Assembly (NCBI RefSeq): GCF_048593235.1
Contig: NC_133617.1
Location: 627,296,958-627,360,957, forward strand
Length of the DNA stretch: 64,000 nt
Direction of reading: 5' to 3'
DNA from: Sminthopsis crassicaudata
Taxonomy: Eukaryota
Shown: piece by piece, positions 56,939 to 64,000 of the stretch
Numbering within the stretch: the first letter of the stretch is position 1
Layout: each line of letters begins with the position of its first letter
Made by a program: the position numbers and the translations under genes
Notes under the pieces: model-generated
The model's database searches: none
Seen by the model: only the letters and a program-made list of their open reading frames with translations
What the model was told of the DNA's origin: nothing

Positions 56939-58235
56939 AATAACCCTATCTTTAAAAAAAAGTAATTGAACCAAACCATTCCTAAGAAAAAATCCCCAAA
57001 ACCAGATGAATTCACAGATGGGAAAAAAAAATAGATAAAGAAGGTACCCTACCATTCCTTTTATGACACAGATAAGGTTCTAATACCTAAACCAGGAAGA
57101 GGAAAAAGATTTATAGACCAATTTCCATAAATTTTAAATTAAAACACTAGCAAAGAGATTATTGTAATGTATCACAAAATCATACACTGACCACACAGAA
57201 TTTATATTAAGATTATAGGACTAGTTCACTATTAGGAAAATAGTAGAAAGCATAAAAATCAATGGAGACTTTTAAAAAATAAGTAGTGTCCAAAATCAAG
57301 AGCAAGTATTGTCTGTAATAGGTATAAACATTGTTTCCCCAATAACATCGGGGTAAAGCAAGGATGCCCGTTATCACCATTATTATTCAATGTTATACCA
57401 GAGATGCCAGGAAAAAAAATTAAAGGAATAAAAATAGGCAGTGAAGAAATAAAATCATAATTCTTTGCAGATGTTATGATGATATACTTAGAGAACCCTA
57501 GGGAATCAACTAAAAAAACAGTTGAAACAATTAGCAAACTTTAGCAAAGTTGCAGGATATTGTTGCAGGTAAACTCAACTGAGATAAATTGAGGTATATA
57601 CTACAAGCAAAATCACTTTATTAACAGTGATACATATAAGTGGATTAGATTGGCTACTTCAGTAAAATCACTAACTCCAATGAAAAGGAGGTTACTCTCT
57701 TTATTGACATTCAGGAAATAAGGGGTCTTGATAGTCAGGACACATTACAATTGGCTATGCTAAGAAAAGTGGGCTGATATTTCAGGTGAAACTTAGTTTC
57801 CTGTTGGAAGTCAATTTTTCATTTTTATGACATTGATTTGCCATGCTCAGCACCTTTCAACTTATTTTTGGAAAAGAGCATTCATAATATTTTGTTCTGA
57901 GTTTTCAGAATAGGATATAAATCTTTAATCATTTTAATTTCTTCAACCTGAATGCCATTCTCGGTACCTACTTTTACAATGGAGTCACCAAATATCAAAG
58001 TTTCTTTTAGCTTAGTTTGAAGTTCACGTCTGCAGTGGATGTCAATGTATTAATTATCCCACTCTCTAAATGGTCTTTTTTTGCTTATGGTCATTAAGAT
58101 AATCTACAAGATAATATGACCAAGTATCCCAGGAAATTTTGATTTTTACTTATTTTGGGGCACCTAATGAATGAAACAATCTCTGATTCTTTTGTCTTTT
58201 GGAGAAGAATATATTTGCTATCCTTCCCATTAGCT

Positions 58236-58422
58236 CAGAGGTTCTCAAACTACAGCCCGCAGGCCAGATGCGGCCTGCTGAGGATGTTTATGTGGCCCGA
58301 GTTATGGCAAATGGGCTGAGGGTCGGAGACAGTGTGAGTTTTTGTTTTTACTATAGTCCGGCCCTCCCACAGCCTGAGGGACAGTGAACTGGCCCCCTAT
58401 TTAAAAAGTTTGAGGATCACTG
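58236..58422 (+). mobile_element. Non-autonomous hAT DNA transposon (OposCharlie1/OC1-type MITE), 187 bp
   Basis: Perfect 8-bp TSD cattagct (58228-58235, 58423-58430); TIRs CAGAGGTTCTCAAACT / reverse complement CAGTGATCCTCAAACT (13/16 match); subterminal gagggacagtgaactggcccc...aaaaagtttgagga as I recall for OC1. Confidence 0.88.
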
Positions 58423-59334
58423 CATTAGCTTAACACTTTTGTTTCAGTTTGTGAGACAATCACTATATGATATGAATCAGCTTATCCAAAAGTATTTCAA
58501 ATCATTGCCATTGGACACACAATCCCACATTTAGAATATCTACTCGAGTTCTTTTTAAGTTTAAAAGTTGTATTTCTTAGCAGCTTCTGCCCCCTTTTTT
58601 TATCACTCTACTGTAAGTGTATTTATGTGAGGGAGCCACACAAGAATGTTTTATTTTCTCTTTTGAGGTTGACTTGCCAGAGAATCTTGTCACTTAGTGG
58701 GCAACCAGCTGGTGATGAGCCTTCCTATATGTAGTAGCTACTTTGGTACGCAGTCTGTCACCAAAACTGTATGTGAAGCTTTTCTAGTATAGCAAAGTCT
58801 TCCAGAACTCAAGATTTATTGGCAGAACCTTCCAAGAACCAAGATCAGCTCCATGAAATAAGACAGTAGAGAAGGATTTTGCATAGTTTTTTTATTATTT
58901 TAAAAACTTGAAATTGGACTAGCTAAGAGTAGGCTTGAGAGAGTTTATGTAGGGTTTTAAGGCTAATTAGGAGTCTCATTGGTCATCTAATCCATACCTG
59001 AACAGAAATTTCCTAGACAACATCCCCAACCAATAGTCATCAGTTGGAAGAATTGCACTGAAAGAGAGTCACCTGCCTCCTGCAACAATCCATTCCTTTT
59101 TTGAGCAATTCTTAATTGCTAAGGAGTTTTTACTTAAACTAAAATATGCTTTCCTGAACTTAGCTGTGGTTCCTCATTCCTCCCTTTGGAGCCAAGCAAA
59201 ATAAGTCAAATCTTTGCCTCTTCCACATGTACTTTGAATTCTTACAAACATACTGACATATTACAAACAAACATGTCAAGAAGTGGCAGGAGATGGGGTG
59301 GTCTTAAATAGAATGAAGAGTACTCATTTTCTGC

Positions 59335-59454
59335 TTTTTATTTTGGTTTTGGGTTTGTCAAGGTTAAATGACTTGCCCAGGTTCACACAGGTAGTAATTG
59401 CCTAAGGCTATCTTTGAACTCAGGTCCTCTATCTACTATGTCATGTAGCTGCCT
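59335..59454 (-). mobile_element. Partial WSINE1-type SINE
   Basis: ggttaaatgacttgcccagg...tttgaactcaggtcctc...tagctgcc. Confidence 0.75.
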
Positions 59455-60399
59455 TTTTTGTTTTTGTTTTGCTGGTCTGTGTTGAAAAAGGAAGAAACCA
59501 AAGTTTTTACCAAGAGCCTAAAATCCTTTTTTCTTATAAGCTTTGGTTCTCTCCCTCCCTTCATTTTTCTTTGTTCTCTGTGGCTCCTTCCCTATCATTT
59601 ATTTGTTGTTTTTTTAAGCATCTATTTCCAATATATTTATATTTTCATAAATCATATAAACATACAGCAATAGTAGTAATCATATATTATTTTTAATATA
59701 TTTTTGTTTTTCCAAATACATGTAAAGATAGTTTTCTTTGGAAAATATTGTGCTCCAAATTTTTCTCCCTCCCCCAGCCTCCCATAGACAGCTGCTAATG
59801 CAATATATGTTAAGCATATGCAATTCTTCTAAACATATTTCCATATTCGTCATGCTGCACAAGAAAATTGGGTCAAAAGGTGAAATAAAATCAACAATAA
59901 AAAATTAAAATGCTATGTTGTAATCCACATTCAGTCCCCACAATATCTCCCTGGATGCAGAAGGCTCTCTCCATCTCAAGTCTATTGGAATTGCCCTGAA
60001 TCATCTCATTGTTGAAAAGAGCCACATTGATCTTCACATAATTTTGTTGCTGTGTACAATGTTCTCTTGGCATCAGTTCACACAAGTCTTTCCAGGCTTT
60101 TCTGAAACCAGCCTGGTTGTAATATTCCATTACACTCATATGCCATAACTAATGCAGCCATTCCCCAACTGATGGGACTCAATTTTTAGTTCCATGCCTT
60201 TACAAAAAAAAAGGCTGCTTATAACTATTGTTGCATAAGTAGGTCCTTTTCACTTTTTGGGATGCAGACAGTATCCAGAAGAAACACTGCTGGATCAAAG
60301 AATATGTACAGTTTGTCATTCATTTTTATTCTTTCTCCCCACACCAGAGATCCTGTATTAACCACTCCTGATTCCAGCCATCTTGACTCTGAAGTCACC

Positions 60400-61031
60400 A
60401 TGGCAAATAAGGGAGATTCTATCATCCGAATCCCCCCATACCATTTCATCCACGTGCTTGATCAGAACAGCAACGTGTCTCGGGTGGAGGTTGGACCCAA
60501 GACCTACATCCGGCAGGACAATGAAAGGTTGGTATTGAGTCCTGAGAAGGAAAGAGGTAGAGAAGAAGGAAAGTCTGGGATAGGAAGGGATAGACCTTGT
60601 TGATGGGGCTCTCCAGATCACTCATTCTGTCTTCATGTCCAGGCAAGAGTAAATCCTCATTCGGGCCAGAATGTGGCAGGCAGACAGCTTTTGGTCGATT
60701 GGAGGCCTGTATTCCTTGCTGGAACACTCTTTATCTGGATAACTGAGCTTACCTCTCAGGGCTGTGTCTGGCTGGGTGGGAAGGCTTAGAGGAAGATCTT
60801 GGCAATCCCTCATATTTCCCTCTGTTCCCCAGGGTGCTGTTTGCCCCGGCACGGATGGTGACAGTCCCACCACGACATTACTGCATTGTAGCTAACCCTG
60901 TAGCCCGAGATAAAACGGGCTCTGTGCTGTTTGATGTGGCTACTGGGCAAGTGCGCCTTCGTCATGCGGACCTGGAGATCCGGCTGGCCCAGGACCCCTT
61001 CCCACTGTACCCAGGAGAGGAGCTGGAACAG
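60400..61031 (+). CDS. MVP: Major vault protein, first two coding exons (gene continues beyond window)
   Basis: Exon 2 acceptor at 60347, Kozak gtcaccATGG at 60400, coding 60400-60527 ([43 protein letters not shown]); exon 3 60833-61031 ([26 protein letters not shown]...[14 protein letters not shown]). Confidence 0.96.
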
Positions 61032-62116
61032 GTACCCAGAATGAGTCCTTCCTTTGCAAGGAAGTGATGCATGAGGGGCAGGGCACTGGCTAGCACTAAA
61101 ATTAAGCTGTGTAAAATTGAATTTTCAAGGAATTCCCTTCTGCCCTCTAACCTCCTCTCCACTTTTGAGCATCAGTATTCTCTTGTCATTCCTTTAACAC
61201 ATTCATGCTTTCTCACTGCCATATTTTTGCTTTCAGTTCTCAATAGCCCTCTTTGCCTGTTAGTAATTGATCACCAATAACTAAATTATTTCACATGCTG
61301 TTGTGAAACTGAATTCTCACAGAGTTTTCCTGGGGACAATGGCAACATTCAATTAGTCCTTTTAAACATTTCACTTTACCCATTTATCGACACAGATCAC
61401 ATGATACTAATAGAATTATTTAAAACAATAAAGTGGGATAAAATCAGGAAGGGAAGAAATCTCTGGGTGGGATTTCCCCATTGTCATGACCTAAACTATG
61501 TATATAAGTCATTTACTTCTAGACTTTATCATCTTTATTTTTTAAAACATTTTTACTTAAGGTTTTGAGTCCATATCCAATCCTTTTTCTCTCCTTCCTT
61601 TCCTTTCTCCCTGAAATTGTAATCAGATATGTTATAAATGTGAAGCAATTACATAAAACATTTCCATATTAGTCATTTTGTACTCAAATACTCGAAAGGA
61701 AAAAAAAAATTAAAGTGGAAAACAGCATAGTTCAGTTAGTATTCAGGCAGTATCATTTTTTTTCTGGAGGTGGAAAACATGCTTCATCATGTATTGTTGA
61801 GAATAGCTAAGTTATTCACAGTTCATTAAACAATATTGCTGTTACTCTACAAATGTTCTCCTGCTTCTATTCACTTTACTATGTATCAGTTCATTTAAGG
61901 CTTTCTGAAATAATCTTGCCTGTCATTTCTTATGGCACTATACTATTCCATTACAACCATATACCTCAGGTTATTTAGCCATCCCCCAATTTCATTTCCA
62001 ATTCTTAGCCACCGCAAAAAGAGCTGCTCTCAATATTTTTGTACAAATTGGTCCTTTTCCATTCTTTGGATGTCTTTAGGATATAGCCTAGCACTGGTAT
62101 TGGCTGGATTGCAGAG

Positions 62117-62286
62117 GTTTTTGTTGTTGTTGTTGTTTTGGGGTTTTTTGGCTGAGGCAGTTGAGGTTAAGTGACTTGCCTTAGTATCACACACTTAGGA
62201 AGTGTTAAGTGTCTAAGGTCAGATATGAACTCAGGTCCTCCTGACTTCAGGGCTGGTGCTATATCCACTTCGACACCTGGCTGCCC
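62117..62286 (-). mobile_element. WSINE1-type SINE inside an older antisense L1/HAL1-like remnant (about 61550-62860)
   Basis: Near-perfect TSD ctggattgcagag / ctggattgaagag; (GTT)n tail. Confidence 0.85.
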
Positions 62287-64000
62287 TGGATTGAAGAGTT
62301 TTATAGCCCTTTGGGTACAGCTCCAAATTTCTTTCCAAAATGATTAAATCAGCTCACAACTGCATCAATAGACATTAATGTCTCAGTTTTTCCACATTCC
62401 TTCAACATCCAACATTTTCCTTTTTTGTCACATTAGCTACTCTGATAGGTATGAGGTAATACCTCAGAATTGTTTAAATTTGCATTTCTTTGATAAATGA
62501 TGACTTAGAGCATTTTTTCATGGCACTATAGATAGCTTTGACTTTCTTGTCTAAAAACTGCCTCTTCATATCCTTTGACCATTTATCAATTGGGGAATGA
62601 CTTATATAGAGAACTGAGTCAAATTTATAAGTATATTTGAGAAATGAAGATTTATCAGAGATACCAGTTGCAAATTTTTCCTTCACTTTTCTGCTTTCCT
62701 TATAATTTTGGTTAAACTGATTTTGTTTGTGCAAAAACTTTTTAATTCTATATAATTAAAATTTCTATTTTATATTTTGTAATACTCTCTATATCTTCTT
62801 TAGTCCTAAATTCTTTCCTTATCCATAAATCTAATAGACTATTCCATGCTCTCTTACTTTGCTTAATTCATCATTTTAAAATGAAGGCATTGGACCAGAA
62901 TGGCATTAATGTCCCTTCCCATTGTTAGGCATCTGTGAGTCTATGACTATGCTGCACAGAATAGTGGCAGAATAAATGTATTTAGAGCAGACCATATTGC
63001 CTACCCCATTCTTTTATCCTGGATCCCCTTTCCCTAATGTGTGATTTATTATTAATTTTTATGTATTATTACAATCTTTCCCTCCCCCTAATTTCCATAA
63101 TTACTTTTTTCCTCAGGTAGAAACATCTCACCTCATATTACTATTTCTGAAGGATTTTCCTAAAACAATAACTTGTTTGGGTTAACTGGCTCCTAACCCT
63201 CTCCAGTGACTTCTGCATAGTACTTCTATCTCTGGGAGACATACTGATGTGGTAGAACCTAAAGTAATGTACATAAAGTAGGAGAAGCTTGAATTGGAAA
63301 TTACTTCACCCTTAAAGATTGAGTCAGCAGGGAGATGAGGTCTCCAAAGCCATCAATTTTAATCTAATCAGAAGCATTTATTAAATACTTGCTGTATGCC
63401 CCGCTGGGCACTAAGTATCTGGAATATAAAGACCAAGATGAAATATGACTTGCCTTCAAGAAATGGGAGGCTGAGTGTTTGATACTAATGCAGTGGGATG
63501 ATTATGGAAGCTGGGGAGAGGAGGAGGCAGCATTTAGACTGTGTTGTTGGGGAGGGGAGTTTAGGGTGGAGGAAGCAAGGTTGAGCTCCTTGCCAACAAC
63601 AGTTGTGGGTTCACAGGAGCCCTCAGTGGAGATAGCAGAGACCTTTAAAGCCGTATCTATTGCAGCCTCTGGTTATATTCCAATGGGAACACAACATATA
63701 TGTACCTATAGGGATAAACAAATCAAATACAAATTAACTGTGTGGAGGTAGGGAAGCTTTAGTAGCTCAGGGGCCTCATACAGAAACTGCCTGAGTTTAC
63801 AAGGAAATAAGTTTCAAGAGGAAGAGCATTTGAGGGGGAAGTGAAACAATCAGTACAGGCGTATGTGATGACAGAGCATCATGGGCAGTGCAACAGTAAA
63901 TTCCCCTCTAAGATATTCAGCTAGAAGTTTTTCCAATAATGAGGCAATTCCTTATTTTGTTTTTTTCCCCTTTATTTTTTCTCAACTTTATTAGAATTTT

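Overview
Eukaryotic genomic DNA from a marsupial, most likely a dasyurid (Tasmanian devil/dunnart/antechinus type), judged from WSINE1-type CORE-SINEs, marsupial L1/HAL1-like elements and an OC1-type hAT MITE. The window is syntenic with human 16p11.2 and carries six + strand genes in the eutherian order: ZG16, KIF22, MAZ, PRRT2, PAGR1 and the first exons of MVP. I built the exon structures by hand from splice consensus and reading frame. All five complete CDSs close in frame (ZG16 165 aa, KIF22 653 aa, MAZ 478 aa, PRRT2 359 aa, PAGR1 260 aa). Gene identities rest on my recall of the human proteins, not on a database search. Intergenic DNA and large introns are filled with nested retroelements, and there are two N gaps. 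Leads most worth checking: (1) an upstream ATG in MVP exon 1 that gives either an in-frame 36-aa basic N-terminal extension or an inhibitory uORF, depending on the splice donor used; (2) a natural Asp-to-Asn change at the ZG16 mannose-binding residue; (3) an in-frame PRRT2-to-PAGR1 read-through splice route; (4) competing GC/GT donors on the MAZ alternative exon that straddle the NMD boundary; (5) a 311-codon ATG ORF divergent from the KIF22 promoter, running through a CpG-rich ancient L2; (6) an OC1-type DNA transposon with a perfect 8-bp target-site duplication. There is no CRISPR array, rRNA or genuine tRNA.
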